A stretch of 63,069 bases of DNA, the filler included, from Octopus bimaculoides (Eukaryota), in assembly GCF_001194135.2 (NCBI RefSeq). It is 3 parts of 3 records of this genome, joined end to end, with 100 filler letters (N's around TTAATTAATTAA, not from the genome) between each part and the next. Parts side by side here need not be neighbours in the genome. Positions count along the whole stretch, not along the records: positions 1 to 26,243 come from NC_068992.1; positions 26,344 to 44,396 come from NC_068981.1; 1 more part is not named here. One strand, 5' to 3'. The position numbers were made by a program, and so were the translations under genes. This document shows positions 23,300 through 37,400 of the stretch, piece by piece (within the stretch, counting starts at the first letter, position 1; every line of letters starts with the position of its first letter). The notes under the pieces were generated by a model, which did not search any database, was not told the DNA's origin, and was given only the letters and a program-made list of their open reading frames with translations.

Positions 23300-24549
23300 G
23301 TATGTGCATGTACGTTCCTCTAATTTTGTTTTGTACACAATTGCTATTTCTTTGACCCGAACTTGGCATTTTACTATTTAGGTACCAGAGTCACTTGATT
23401 CCTGAACTCCTGTGTGTTTGTGTGAGTGTGTGTGTGTGAGTGTGTTATTTCTTTACTACCCACAAGGGGCTACACACAGAGGGGACAAACAAGGACAGAC
23501 AAACGGATTAAGTCGATTATACCGACCCCAGTGCGTAACTGGTACTTATTTGATCGACNNNNNNNNNNNNNNNNNNNNNNNNNNNNNNNNNNNNNNNNNN
23601 NNNNNNNNNNNNNNNNNNNNNNNNNNNNNNNNNNNNNNNNNNNNNNNNNNNNNNNNNNNNNNNNNNNNNNNNNNNNNNNNNNNNNNNNNNNNNNNNNNNN
23701 NNNNNNNNNNNNNNNNNNNNNNNNNNNNNNNNNNNNNNNNNNNNNNNNNNNNNNNNNNNNNNNNNNNNNNNNNNNNNNNNNNNNNNNNNNNNNNNNNNNN
23801 NNNNNNNNNNNNNNNNNNNNNNNNNNNNNNNNNNNNNNNNNNNNNNNNNNNNNNNNNNNNNNNNNNNNNNNNNNNNNNNNNNNNNNNNNNNNNNNNNNNN
23901 NNNNNNNNNNNNNNNNNNNNNNNNNNNNNNNNNNNNNNNNNNNNNNNNNNNNNNNNNNNNNNNNNNNNNNNNNNNNNNNNNNNNNNNNNNNNNNNNNNNN
24001 NNNNNNNNNNNNNNNNNNNNNNNNNNNNNNNNNNNNNNNNNNNNNNNNNNNNNNNNNNNNNNNNNNNNNNNNNNNNNNNNNNNNNNNNNNNNNNNNNNNN
24101 NNNNNNNNNNNNNNNNNNNNNNNNNNNNNNNNNNNNNNNNNNNNNNNNNNNNNNNNNNNNNNNNNNNNNNNNNNNNNNNNNNNNNNNTAATTAGCTGAAG
24201 GGGGCGTGGTGCGGGAGGAGCGGTGGTAGTGAATGGAATGTGTAATTTTTTTTAACTAAGTTTTTTTCTTGGTTCCTTAGCCCGTCTGTAACACTTTCAC
24301 ATGATTAGTTGAAGGGAAAGGCGAAGAGCGAATGAAAGAGAGAGAGAGAAAAAAGAGAGTAAGGCGAAGAGAGAGAGAGAGAGAAAGAGGGAAAGTGCTG
24401 TGTATTAAGTCTATAAAATTGTGCATAAAGTATATAAAGTGTATATATAAAGTACATTAAGTAATCATTGAATTCCAATTTCCTTCACTTTTCAATGATT
24501 AGCAGATGAGCGACTATCTTTTGATATAAACACAACACAAGCTACGCTT

Positions 24550-24760
24550 TCTTTCTTTATTGCCCACAAGGGGCCAAACAAAGTGGGGACAAACAAGGAC
24601 AGACAAAGAGATTAAGTCGATTACATCAACTCCAGTGCGTAACTTGTACTTAATTTATCGATCTCGAAAGGATGAAAGGCAAAGTCGACCTCGACAGAAT
24701 TTGAACTCAGAACGTAAAGACAGACGAAATACCAGTAAGCATTTCACCCAGCAAACTAAA
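24550..24760 (-). mobile_element. SINE family B, AATAAAGAAA-tail variant
   Basis: Same body as the 5135-6740 copies; minus-strand tail CCCCTTGTGGGCAATAAAGAAAG. Confidence 0.85.
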
Positions 24761-24859
24761 AAAAAAAAATGCAAACCATCCATTCTCTCTTAAATAGTTT
24801 CTCATAATCATTTTCGTTGTGTGGAATTTCAATGAGTCCCACTAGTTAAATTAATATTG

Positions 24860-25180
24860 TGGCACCTTGGGCAAGTGTCTTCTACAATAACCTCGGCCCG
24901 ACCAAAACCTTGTGAGTGGATTTGGTAGGCGGAAACTGAAAGAAGCCCGACGTATATAGTTATATGTGTGTATATGCTTGTGTGTCTGTGTTTGTACACC
25001 CATTATCGCTTGACAACCGATGCTGGTGTGTTTACGTCCTCGTAACTAGTGGTCTGGCAAAAGTAACCGATAGAATAAGTACTAGGCTTACAAAGAATGA
25101 GTCCTGGAGTCGATCTGTTTGAATAAAGGCGGTGCTCCAGCATGGCCATAGTCAAATGATTGAAACAAATAAAAGAGTGT
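24860..25180 (+). mobile_element. SINE family A (5'-truncated)
   Basis: GGCACCTTGGGCAAGTGTCTTC...GGCGGTGCTCCAGCATGGCC. Confidence 0.85.
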
Positions 25181-25504
25181 GTGTTTATAAAATATGATTA
25201 GTTTAGGCCGACGTTTGTTAATTTTTGCTACGCTTCTTTTGTGGTGTAATTATTATGTTATTGTCATGTGTGATCTAACCGAAACCAATTAGAATCGATA
25301 CCGGTAGATGACTGGAGCTTTATTCATCTCAAAATGATGGAAGGCAAAAGTTGGAAGCGTACGAACTCAGAGAAAATAAAAAGAGCCAGAATGAGTAGAA
25401 CAAAGCAATCTGTCCGACGCTCTAACGTTTCAGCCAAGACACCACTTCGTGCAGTTATGCGTCCATGTTTGTACACATATATTAGAATATGTATGTATGT
25501 ATGG

Positions 25505-25535
<31 letters not shown>

Positions 25536-26243
25536 TATTAGTATAAATAATACCTGTTTTCTGGATAGGTGAGCTTGTATAAGGTTTGTGAGTGTGCGCG
25601 CGCGTATATGTAATTTTTCTTTGAAATATGCAGTGTTTGTGTTTTCAAGCTATGTTGTGTGTGTGTGTATGTGCGTGTGTGTGTGTGTGTGTGTGTGTAT
25701 GCATGTGTGTGTGTGTGTAGATCGCACTGCTTCGAAGTATGCATATGTGTGAATGTGCATATGTGTGTGAGCATGAATGTGTATGAATGTGTGTGCGTGT
25801 GCATGAATATATGTGTGTGAATGTAAGCATGTATTGATAAATGTGAATTCAAATCGATAATATTGATCTCTATTCACATATGCTACATATTTTATTGATG
25901 TCGGCGAGATGAATGATAAAGTAACTACAAAGTATTTTTTAGACGTCGATAAGATAACTTGAACCGAGAATGCAGAGGTAATGAACTAGAATACTACATT
26001 TATTCCGTCGTCCCAGTTTTGGCCACATTATCAATACAACCACTACCACAATGACAACAACGAGGTTGCGCCGATCTCCTAGAAATAACCGCAAAATTTT
26101 TATGAAATCATTCCCAACTATTCGGAGAAAAAACACAGTCCATTGCTATGCGAGCTTCCGAATTGAACCAGTTTGTTGTGAAATTATTTTGTGGAGAAAC
26201 ACATAGAGAAGCTATTAAAGTACTTTTCCAATATATACATGTG

Positions 26244-26343
26244 NNNNNNNNNNNNNNNNNNNNNNNNNNNNNNNNNNNNNNNNNNNNTTAATTAATTAAN
26301 NNNNNNNNNNNNNNNNNNNNNNNNNNNNNNNNNNNNNNNNNNN
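26244..26343. other. Artificial scaffold linker N44-TTAATTAATTAA-N44
   Basis: Exactly 100 bp; the 12-mer has stop codons in all six frames; identical linker at 44397-44496. Confidence 0.95.
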
Positions 26344-26419
26344 ATATATATATATATATATATATACATGTATATATATGTATATATATATATACATATA
26401 TATACACACACACACACAT

Positions 26420-26464
<45 letters not shown>

Positions 26465-28429
26465 CATTGCTATATAGATTTGTTGCTACAAACGTATGCA
26501 TTTTTTCTCTCATATGAATTTTCATATAAATAATAGGCAATCAGGATGATTTAGTAATCTTAAGAAGTTTAATGATAGAGGATGGAGTTGATGGAATAAA
26601 TTTTGGTTGCTTGGCAAAAGGATGTTATGACAGCTCATTGTTACAAAACAGTAGTTATGTTAGTAGTGTCAAATTTATAATTATATAATTAAAAAAAATA
26701 TGTAAATGCTTTTTGTAGGATTTAAAAATGTATTTTTATTTAGGAATATTTATACTCTGTATTTTAATTGTTCTCTATCCGAGACACAAGACTTTGATAA
26801 AAGTATTGGAATGTGAATATATTTTTAAAATTGTACACTTACAATTGTTTTCATTGTTAATTGGAGTTTTTGTTTTTAATGGTCTAAAAACTATGTTAAT
26901 ACCTTTTGGGAGTTTTGATGTATTTATTGTCTGCCATCATGTATTGAAATATAATATTACCTAATGTTAATATTATTAATTAGTAACATTCATTTATTAT
27001 TCTGTTTTAGGTTGTTTTAAATTAGTTAATTATGAGATGGAAAGAAAAGGTAGAACAGATATGATAGTAGTATAAAGATAAAAAGTTGTATGTTATTTTA
27101 TTCTGTGACCCTTAATTGTAAGACTACACTGTGAAACTTTTGATTGCTTAATCATAGTTGAGGATCACTTTTTATTTAACCATTTTATGATATTAATTAA
27201 TTTAATGAATTGAAATGTAATTCTAAGTCAATGATTTTAGTTAGTGTGTGTGTTTTTTATGTGTTAAATTTCAGTTTTGAATTGAATTTTATAAGGATTT
27301 GACAGATATTGAGTTTTCATAATAATTTATTGATATTCTGTATTTTTTATCTTATGATAATCATGCCTGCATAATCCATAAGTAATTCATTTGACAGTTC
27401 TTCTGTTGGGCCAGTATCTATATACTTAATGTTTATAAGTCAGGAGCAATATAAACTATTTAAATGTGTTATGTATTATGTTTCTTCCAGAAGTAAATCT
27501 TTAGCCATTTTGAAAAAGTGAATTATTGAGGGTATATAATTAAACTTATTATTTATGAGATAAATAGAGTATTACTGACAATTCTATGTGTGCACTATTC
27601 AACATTGTAGTCATACACAGTACACACATATTTCTCCATTATTATAGAAACTTACATTCTACTTTCATGTTTAGATCTAAAAATTAAACAGTTTTTCTTG
27701 TACCCGTTCATACACACGTCTACATAACCACATCTGCTCTTACATCCAGTCATGGGTATTAATTATATGAATAATTACAAGAGAAAAAGGCAGACATGTA
27801 TTTACAGGCATGCATATACTCCATTAATACATACACACACACTAGTATATACCAAAAAAAAAAAATACATAAAAAATAAATGAAAATAAACAAAGTATCT
27901 GAATGAGAATATAATAGCTATGGTTCAAATTACGGGTGTTTACATATTCTTTACACCCAAGACCCTAAATATGCATTCATGTTCTTGATTGCCATATAAC
28001 CTAATACATGTCTTCTAAGGAGGTTCAAACTCAGTCTTATTCATGTTGACACATTTATAAATTATTTTGCTATTAAATATATGCAAACATACTTTTGAAA
28101 ATTTAAAGGTACATTTAGTCTTATGTCAAGATTTTCTTAAAGGTGATTTTGAAAAATTTGAATGCCTTATCTAGTTTATATATGTATGTATGTGTGTGTG
28201 TGTGTGTGTGTGTGTAGCACATTAATATTAATGGAAAAATTAAAAGTACATTAACCCTATTTAACTTAATAGTTGCAACTCTAATCAAGAAACATCAAAA
28301 TACTTCCTACTTATATTTATGTTAGCAGTGTGATTAGTAGTTTTTTTCAATATATGGTATTTTATCTTTGCATTCACTTTTGAGGAGAAGCATCATGATA
28401 ATATCCACAAGAGTTAGTAAATTATTATT

Positions 28430-28740
28430 TACCCTTTCTGAACAACCAAATCTCATGCTAATTATGTCACGTATGTAACAGAAAGTATTGACTACTTTCT
28501 AGTGAGCTATCCAGGCATTTAAGAAAATCTATTTCCAGTGTCTCACAGTATTTATGGCTCCAAGGCATCTGCTACATACAAAGTTTACTTCTTCTGTTAA
28601 CCTGTCAGTGATTTTGCTATACCTCTTGGGTTCATAGTTTACACTGGGTATAGCATATGGAGTTTACACCTACTCCTTTCCTTCATATTGAGCAAGGCCA
28701 TTTACCTAAAGATATTGAAGTCCTCTCTTCTTTCCTATTT
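28430..28740 (-). mobile_element. Decayed RTE-X-like LINE ORF2 fragment with a PHD-type (C4HC3) finger
   Basis: Minus-strand translation across stops and frameshifts: GKWPCSI*RKGVGVNSICYTQCKL*T..KRYSKITDRLTEEVNFVCSRCLGAIN...LEVVNTFCYIRD. Confidence 0.8.
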
Positions 28741-28777
28741 ACTATAACATTGCAAAGTTTAATCTGAAGTCTCTTAA

Positions 28778-28997
28778 CCCTTTAGCATTCAACTTACTCT
28801 GTCAAATATAATGCTTATTTACTCACGTTGCTCTGAATTAATCATGTATTATCTACTAGCTTCAAGATTTTGATTATGTGATTACTTATTTTTAGAATGA
28901 CATTGGAGGGTAAGTGTGAGAGGCCAGATTGAACAAATTTGGATGAAAAACAGATAATATATTTGGGCTTGATATAGCTGGTTTAAATGCTAAAGGG
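28778..28997. mobile_element. piggyBac-type MITE, 220 bp
   Basis: TTAA TSDs (28774-28777, 28998-29001) and TIR CCCTTTAGCATT/AATGCTAAAGGG. Confidence 0.9.
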
Positions 28998-29172
28998 TTA
29001 ATTCTATGTGAAGCTTCTGTGCCTAGAATTTCTTCTTTCCTTCTGTTATAGATTCAGCTCTCTCTTTTCCAACTCTCTCCTTAATATGAGACACTGGAGG
29101 ATGGCGAACATCAAACTGTCCTACCTATACCAGCATGGAAAATAGAAAAACAAATGTAAAATAATGATGATG

Positions 29173-29212
<40 letters not shown>

Positions 29213-30345
29213 CATATATGGTGAAAAGAGGCATATGTACTAGCGATAAGGTGTTAGACTCATGATCATAGGGTTGAAATTTTGGTTCCCTGTCCGAGCA
29301 TGTCATGTTCTTAAGCATAAAGCTTCATTTAACAATCTACTTATCAGTTTAGTGACTGCTGAGTGTTAATTCTGGTTTCGACTGAAGGATGTATTGTACA
29401 CTCAGTTACTTATATATCAAATAAACTGGACTACGTACACATTTCTTACAGTATAAATGTATGTATGAGTGTGTATAATATATGTGTGTGTGCATGTGTG
29501 TATGCATATATATATATGTATATAAATACACACACACACACATATATATATACACACACACTCTCACACACACACATACATATATCTACATGTACATATC
29601 TATACATTCCTTTGCATGTACATATATATACATTCTTGCTCACACTACCAATTACCTTCTTCTGTGCCTTCAGCCACTGCTCTCTCTCTCTCTCTCTGTC
29701 TCTCCCCTCTGTTGTAAAGATCTCTCTTATCTGCTTTCATTCTCAATGCCTACCATCATGACCCACCTACATATCCCTTTGCATCTACTGCTCCTACATC
29801 TTGCACATCATCCCATTACGTTCTGTTCTCCTTTCTGAGCTTCACCTATATTTCTCACCTTACCCTCTATAGAACGATATTTCCCTTCATCTGCATTCCT
29901 ACCCTTATTCATCTTTCACTACATTAACCTCTACCTCCACCAACTTATTCTTCATAACACTCTTATGAAAGCATCCTCTCTCTCATCATCTCTACTATCC
30001 ATATCCTCTTTTATGCTCACCTTCTTGTTCCTTGAGAGTGTGCTTTAGCACCCATCACTACCTTTCTTTACCTTCTTCAGTCATATATCTCCTCTGTAGC
30101 AAGATAACTGTACTTGTTCCTCTATAATACTTTACACATCTCCACATTCCTCACCTCCCAAATACTTCCTCTTTTACTGTGAGCTCTTTCTCCTTTTTTA
30201 TCCTGTTCTTTTCTGGGAAACCTCACTAGTGCCAGTAGCATGAAAAAGCACTGGTGACATGTAAAAGCAACCATGCCGGTGACATGTAAAAACACCCATG
30301 CCAGTGACATGTAAAAGGCATTTTCTACACTCATGGAGGGATGGG

Positions 30346-30440
<95 letters not shown>

Positions 30441-30634
30441 CATATACATACATATACACAGATATATGCATACATATAGACATATATGGATGCATATATA
30501 TGCATATGTACATACATGTATTATTATATATATAGTAATATATAAATTAAAATGACTAATACATATGCATCTTAATATATGCATATATTAATATGTGTAC
30601 ATGTACGTATATATTAATGCATGTGTGTGTGTGC

Positions 30635-30684
<50 letters not shown>

Positions 30685-30852
30685 ATATATAGAAATAACC
30701 ATTTATATTACTCTCCATCAACTTATCTCTTTCCATCTTATATATATGAGAACTTAAATCTCTAATATACTTGCAAGCATCGTTGCTGACATGTAATCAC
30801 ACATTTTTCTTTTGTACCTTTGTAAATTCAAACATTTTAATAATGTCATTTG

Positions 30853-30907
<55 letters not shown>

Positions 30908-31466
30908 TCATATATGCTTTTGCGTATGTATAGTTGTGCCTGTACACCTGTGTGTGTGCATCTGTCTTTGAGTGAGTGTTTATGCGTGTGCCTGTGTATT
31001 GATATGAGTCATGAACACCAAAGGGATCTATGTAAGTGCAATGAGAGTAATAATCACGAAGGAATAGGAAATATCTTTACAAGAGAAAGAAACTTAATGC
31101 CAGACATTTCTGTCATTGATGTCTGAATCTACCTGAAAAGGAATTACAACACAAAGATTCCTTGCATATGAAAGACATTCTAGATGTTTTTACTATAGCC
31201 AGGGTCTTTAGGCAACAAATCTCAGCCTTGATGGAGTATATCCTATTTCCTCTAAGAGATCAGGTAAGTATATATTTTGCTTTAAGCAAGGATTGAACCT
31301 GACACATTTGAAAGACCATGGTCTCTGATTACGCTATTTATGATAGAACCTTGTTTGTAAGTATATAGTATGTACGATTGCATGTGCACACATACTTGCA
31401 AACACACACATTTTACATGGACAGGCATGCATACATGCATATACATTGATATCTGCATACAACACA

Positions 31467-31543
<77 letters not shown>

Positions 31544-31568
31544 GTATATATAGACAGATTAGATAGAT

Positions 31569-31615
<47 letters not shown>

Positions 31616-32109
31616 GAGAGGCGGGTAGACAGAGAAAGAGAGAGATATGAACAACCAGGGACAGTCAAACCAGTGAAACTGAAACTCATACTGCCCTGCC
31701 TACTAATACTCTGGTACAATGGCCACTAATCTATTGTTGATAAGAAAATAAGCTAAAAATCAATGTTTTAGAATGACTTGATTCAATGGACTGGTGATAA
31801 CTTTTTCAACATAGTATAACAGTTTCACAAAATGTAATTAATTTTAAAAGAGACCAGCAATTGCAAGTTACTCCAATTGCATATATTCAAGGTTTGAAAA
31901 CATGCTCAAAATTTTGAACATTGGTTGTGTAGGAACAGTCATGATAGTTATAAAGTTTGCTAAATTCTTCATTATTTTCAAAGTTAATGTGGACAAAACT
32001 AATACATTTCAACAGAAATATAACAACAAAAAGGTTAATTGAAGGAAACTATCCAACCCATGATTACATGGAAAAGAAGAAAACAGACATAAAAATGATT
32101 TGATATAAA

Positions 32110-32240
32110 TGTAGCTTCTCAATCATATAGTTATGGGTTCAGTCTCACTGTATGGCACTTTGGACAAGTGTCTTCTTCTACAGACCTAGGCCAATAAAGT
32201 CTTGTCAATGGATTTGGTAGATGGAAACTAAGTGAAGCTT

Positions 32241-32303
<63 letters not shown>

Positions 32304-32305
32304 CA
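32110..32305 (+). mobile_element. SINE family A, 5' half ending in (TG)n
   Basis: GGGTTCAGTCTCACTGTATGGCACTTTGGACAAGTGTCTTC...GGAAACTAAG. Confidence 0.7.
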
Positions 32306-33182
32306 TCGTTTCCAGTAACCTGCATAAATATGTCTAGCCAAGGGGAAATATTATCTTGCTTGGAAATAGGTAAGGGCTGGTGACAGAAAAGGCATGTGTC
32401 CATAGAAAATCTGCCTTAAACTCTGATCCATATAAGCAGGTAAAAATGGATGCTAAAGCTTTGAGGATGATAGTATGTGTGTGTGTGTGTATTAAAAATA
32501 TCCAGTGCATTCTGGGTAGTAAGCTGGTGTAGAATTCCAAGGGTGAAATGAAGAGGATGTAAATGCAAGCATGGTTGATGTAATAAAGAGTCAATAATAA
32601 AAAAAAGATAAAATGGAGACAATGAAATACAGTAACAATGATCTCAGTTTAACACTTGAAGAGAATAAAATAGAATTGTCTTGAACATGTCAGTCTAAAG
32701 TTCTTCCTATGAAAGGGAACAAGGGAAAAACAATAGACAGGAAAAGGAAAGACAAAAACAACACCAAAACAACTAAGAGCTGCAAAGCCTCATATATGTA
32801 TAATCCAGCACTATCTTTGGAAAGGACATTGAGATAGGCAACAATGATTTTTAAGCAATTAAAGAGTAAATGCAGAAAGATAATAAGTGGGATGTGCTTG
32901 GTTGTGTGCATATGAGTGAACATGTAAAAGTGTGTCATTTCCTTGAAACTGTTCTCTTATGTGTGTGAAAGTTAAACCCATGTGTTTTGCATGTACACAT
33001 ATGAATGTGAGCATGTGTTTGTGTGTGTCCATGTGCTAATGTGTGAAAATATGCTTGTTTCTATGGATGTGTGAGTGCTTGTGAATGTGCATACTTTCTA
33101 TGAATGTGAATGCATAGTTGTGTGTGCATGCACATACTTGTGTGCATGTTTTGTGTGAATGCACACATTGTTTGATATGTGA

Positions 33183-33233
<51 letters not shown>

Positions 33234-34542
33234 AAATATATGAGAAGGTAACAATGTACTTAACCCCACTTTACATTCAATATGTGTTCAGGTCTGCTTC
33301 AAGCCTTGGAACAGGTGGGAGTGTACAAATATTTGCTTGCTTCCAAATACACACACACATACATCTCTTGTGTGTGTGTGTGTGTGTGTGTATATAGCGT
33401 TAGGAAGGGCATCCAGCTGTAGAAACTCTGCCAAATCAGATTGGAGCCTGGTGTAGCCTTCGGGTTCCACCAGTCCTCAGTCAANNNNNNNNNNTTCGGG
33501 TTCCACCAGTCCTCAGTCAAATCGTCCAACCCATGCTAGCATGGAAAGCGGACGTTAAACGATGATGATGATGATATATATATTGGGTGTGTGTATATGT
33601 ATCGTTTATCTTTTACTTGTCTCTGTCATTTGACCGTGACCATATATTGTATATCTATTGTATGCCTATATTATATATACTAGCTTAAAAGCTGCCTTAT
33701 CGGGTGGCTTTTAAGCTAGCTCCTGTGGAGGGCCCTTCATTGGGCCTTGGGCCAAACAATGACACTTCATGCATTGAGTACACATTAACTTTTATTAAAC
33801 TTGACCAATGTTTTTCAAGCAATGAACAATTTTCATCAAAACAATGATATAATTTGTTGACTTGGAACTTATTGCAAAGCTTCATGATAAACAACATTTT
33901 TTGTCTTCCTATTCGCGGGTCAGAAAAAGATTTTTTTCTGTCTAACCTCTTTCTTTCTCTCTCTCACTTTCTGTTGATTGTTTTCAACCATCACCATCAC
34001 CACCACCATTGCCACCACAACTGCCATACACACATCATTCAGACTTCTGACGCCACCACCATCAATACCTTTGAATTTGCCACCTTCCCCTCCACCACCA
34101 TCACCACTGTCTTTCACATTACTTACTACCACCATCATCCCTGACTGCCTCAGCCACCACCACCACCACCTCTATCACAACTCATACTATTACTATCACC
34201 CCATTACCATCACAACCGTCAATCTACTAGCACTCTCACCTTCTCTATGCCTATTGTTACTCTCACTCCAGCATGAGGAATAGTAGGAGTGTCACTGAAT
34301 AGTGAGAGAGGGGGTCAAAGTGTGACATACTGACACACAGAAATTTGTTTTGGCACTTATTATTATAGATGTGTATGTGTGAACAATGCTTTATATTCAA
34401 TACCTGCTCAGCTCTATGAGAGTATATAAATATTCCCCCCTGGTCCCTGGCCATATATTGTATATATACTGTAAGCATATATATGTGTGTGGATATATAA
34501 CTATATATATGTATACATATATATGCACATATATAAACATAC

Positions 34543-34583
<41 letters not shown>

Positions 34584-34585
<2 letters not shown>

Positions 34586-34965
34586 TGGAGGTGCAATGGC
34601 TCAGTGGTTAGGGCAGCAAACTCGTGGTCATAGGACCACAGTTTCGATTCCCAGACTGGGCATTGTGAGTGTTTATTGAGTGAAAACACCTAAAGCTCCA
34701 TGAGGCTCTGGCAGAGGTTGGTGGTGAACCTTGCTGTACTCTTTCACCATAATTTTCTCTCACTCTTCCTTCCTGTTTCTGTTGTACCTGTATTTCAAAG
34801 GGCCAGCCTTGTCACACTGTGTCCTGCTGAATCTCCCCCAGAACTATGTTAAGGGTACATGTGTCTGTGGCGTGCTCAACCACTTGCATGTTAATTTCAT
34901 GAGCAGGCTGTTCCGTTGATCAGATCAACTGGAACCCTCGTCGTCATAACTGACAGAGTGCCACA
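34584..34965 (+). mobile_element. SINE family C
   Basis: Collinear with the reverse complement of 10782-11177. Confidence 0.85.
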
Positions 34966-35899
34966 ATTATTTATATCATCATCATCATTTAACATCTGTT
35001 TTCCATGATGTCATGGTTCAGATGGTTACAGGAGCTGACAAGTCAAAAAACTTCAAGGTCAACTGCTTGCTTTGGCATGGTTTCTACAACTGGCTTGTGT
35101 TTTTACATGTGTCTGCATATATATATATATATATGTATGTATGTATATGTATATATGCATGTTTGTATTTATGTCTACATATATATGTGCATGTATGTTT
35201 GTGAGCCAAACTCTACTGTGTGGTGTCATGAAAAATACATCTAGTGTACTATGTAAAGTGGTTGCTGTTAGTAACTTCTTCCGGGAGTAGATGTCATATC
35301 AAAAATAAGATGATGGAACAAGAAGCAGTCCTCCAAACCATCAGAGTTCCTTAAACAGTCCAACCAATGCCAGTATGGAAATTGAACATAAAATGATGAT
35401 GATAAAGAGGATATATATGTACTCATCCATATATTCCTTGTGTGTCTTCCACTTTTTACTAAATGATCTTCATTTCCCATGCATCATCAATTCCTTGATG
35501 TATGTTAATCATTACCTGCAACATGCTTCCTTTGTTGTCTCATTCTCAGTTATATTGCCAATTCCATTATACATAACCAATCACAATTCTGTTTTTGGTA
35601 AATACTGCTTTTTAGTTATAATTGTGTAGTCTATGTTTCAGTTACATACATAAGCATTATTTCCTATCAATGATGTTATATGTTAAAATTTATAGGTTAA
35701 ATGACTCCTCATGGGTATTTAATCTGTTAGTAATAGTAACCAATTTTCCTTCAACCCACATATTGGATAGCTAGTCTGAAAAAATAAGGAATGATTATGA
35801 TTTGAATACTTTTCCTCATATAACTACTTTATGCAGGTTGACACAAGGTGAAACAGCAACATCACTGGTTTGAGATATACTACATTTTCTGTAATATGT

Positions 35900-36320
35900 A
35901 TGAAAAAAAATTAATACATTATTATTTATAAAAAAAAAAGTTGACACCATTTCATTCAGCTTAAGAAGATGCTTGAGGAGGATTCTAAGAACATGCTGGC
36001 AAGACCTCATAACCAATAAAGACATTCTGAAGAGAGAAACACAAGACCACTTAGTGAACTCATAAAAGGATGAAGATTAAAACTAGTAGGTCACATACTC
36101 TGGCTACCAGAACAATGCCATTCTAAAACAGTTTTCAAATGGACATCACTGGAAAGAAAAAGAAAAGAAAGACCAAAAACTAGATGAAGCAGAACATTCA
36201 TAACTGATATGAGAGAGGCCAATATCACACAACTGCATAAAGTGTAAACCACATTCAACAGAAACTAGTGGCATCAATTTTCTGCCCAATGTGCTCAAGT
36301 GAACAGGAGGAACTGAATTG
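35900..36320 (+). mobile_element. RTE-clade LINE 3' fragment
   Basis: RCLRRILRTCWQDLITNKDIL...RLKLVGHILWLPE...KWTSLERKRKERPKTR; ends GCCCAATGTGCTCAAGTGAACAGGAGGAACTGAA. Confidence 0.75.
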
Positions 36321-36399
36321 AATATGCTGATGCTAATTCCACTGCTAATTTCAAGCTATGTTGAGAATAACAGAACTCTTGTAATACTTCTAGTAACTT

Positions 36400-37400
36400 T
36401 CGCAGAGTAATCTGCATCTTTAGTTAATTCATTTCAAATCTTGCATGAAGTAACTGTTTGAGGACTGCATTTAGAAAAAAAGCATTTTTCTCTACTGCAT
36501 TTCTATACTCAGGCTGTATTTAGGTAACACATCTTTCTCTACTTGTTCAATTTTACCTAACTGGAAGTCATGTTGTTCTGTATCATTACTATTCTGTGTC
36601 CACTATTCACAATTTGTACTGCTTCTGCAATGGACTCTGTTTATTGGAACTTGAGGCCCACATCTATATTTCTCTTCCTAAGCCTAGCAAAACAAATTGC
36701 ATGCAACTCTTTATTTATTAAAATGAGATAGTAACTAAATAAAAACCTTAAATTTAAATCTACTACTGAAATTTTGATACATTTGTTAGCAAAATCATTT
36801 TATTCTACATTACCTCACTTTATCTAAAAGTCTAAAATAGTAGCAAATCATGTTATTTTCTAAGGTTCAAGTTAGGAGGAAAAAAGAGATGTATCTATGA
36901 CCTTTCCTTAGGCTTCTGAAATTGGTGGGAAGACATTCTTAGTGCAAATATTTGAAATAAAGTGAACTCTGATAAAGGCACCCAACTATCAGGTAGCAGT
37001 GTTGTTAAATTACGTGATTTATTAAGTAAATCTACATCATAAAAATAAGTCCAAACTCTCTGAAAAGCTTTCACGCAGTCTCTTTCTGTCAAATTTCCCT
37101 CAACAAAGTTTTAGTTGAGTCAGTACTTAGGTAAAACTCATTTGTCCAATTACCATACAGTGTGATAAAATCAGGAACTATGGACATGGTTGTGTCTTCC
37201 AGTCATTACAGTCTGCCTTCACAGTGGATTCAGATTCTACTTCAGATTAGAAGCTGCATTCAACAGTCTTTCTCAGTCATCCATCTCCAAATGTTCCATT
37301 TTGTAAACTTTGAGGAATTCTTTACCTGTCACTATTCCTATGCAGGGCCAGTGACAGGTTCAGTTTTGGGGATTAGTGAACCAAAGAAGGTATCTTGAAT
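36400..37400 (-). mobile_element. Highly decayed RTE-clade reverse transcriptase region
   Basis: Minus-strand remnants in RT order: D.VKAF, LRKGHRYIS (GxRQGD-like), IKISVVDLNLRF (NLRFADD-like), VGLK, KIEQVEK. Confidence 0.5.

Noticed and set aside
1352-24194. Long ORFs of 150-350 aa in the track
   Set aside because: They run through N gaps and TA/CA/GATA microsatellites (poly-X, YIYI, HTHT); artefacts.
25990-26210. 51-aa ORF MTTTRLRRSPRNNRK... in a CpG-rich block
   Set aside because: Short, no recognisable domain, and abuts an artificial linker; could be promoter or UTR sequence but cannot be supported.
33461-33520. Direct duplication around a 10-N gap
   Set aside because: Unmerged contig overlap within an RTE tail; assembly artefact.
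35900-37400. Twin-priming inversion of a single RTE insertion
   Set aside because: The inverted RT segment lies downstream of the 3' end (tail-to-tail), the wrong geometry; more likely two insertions.
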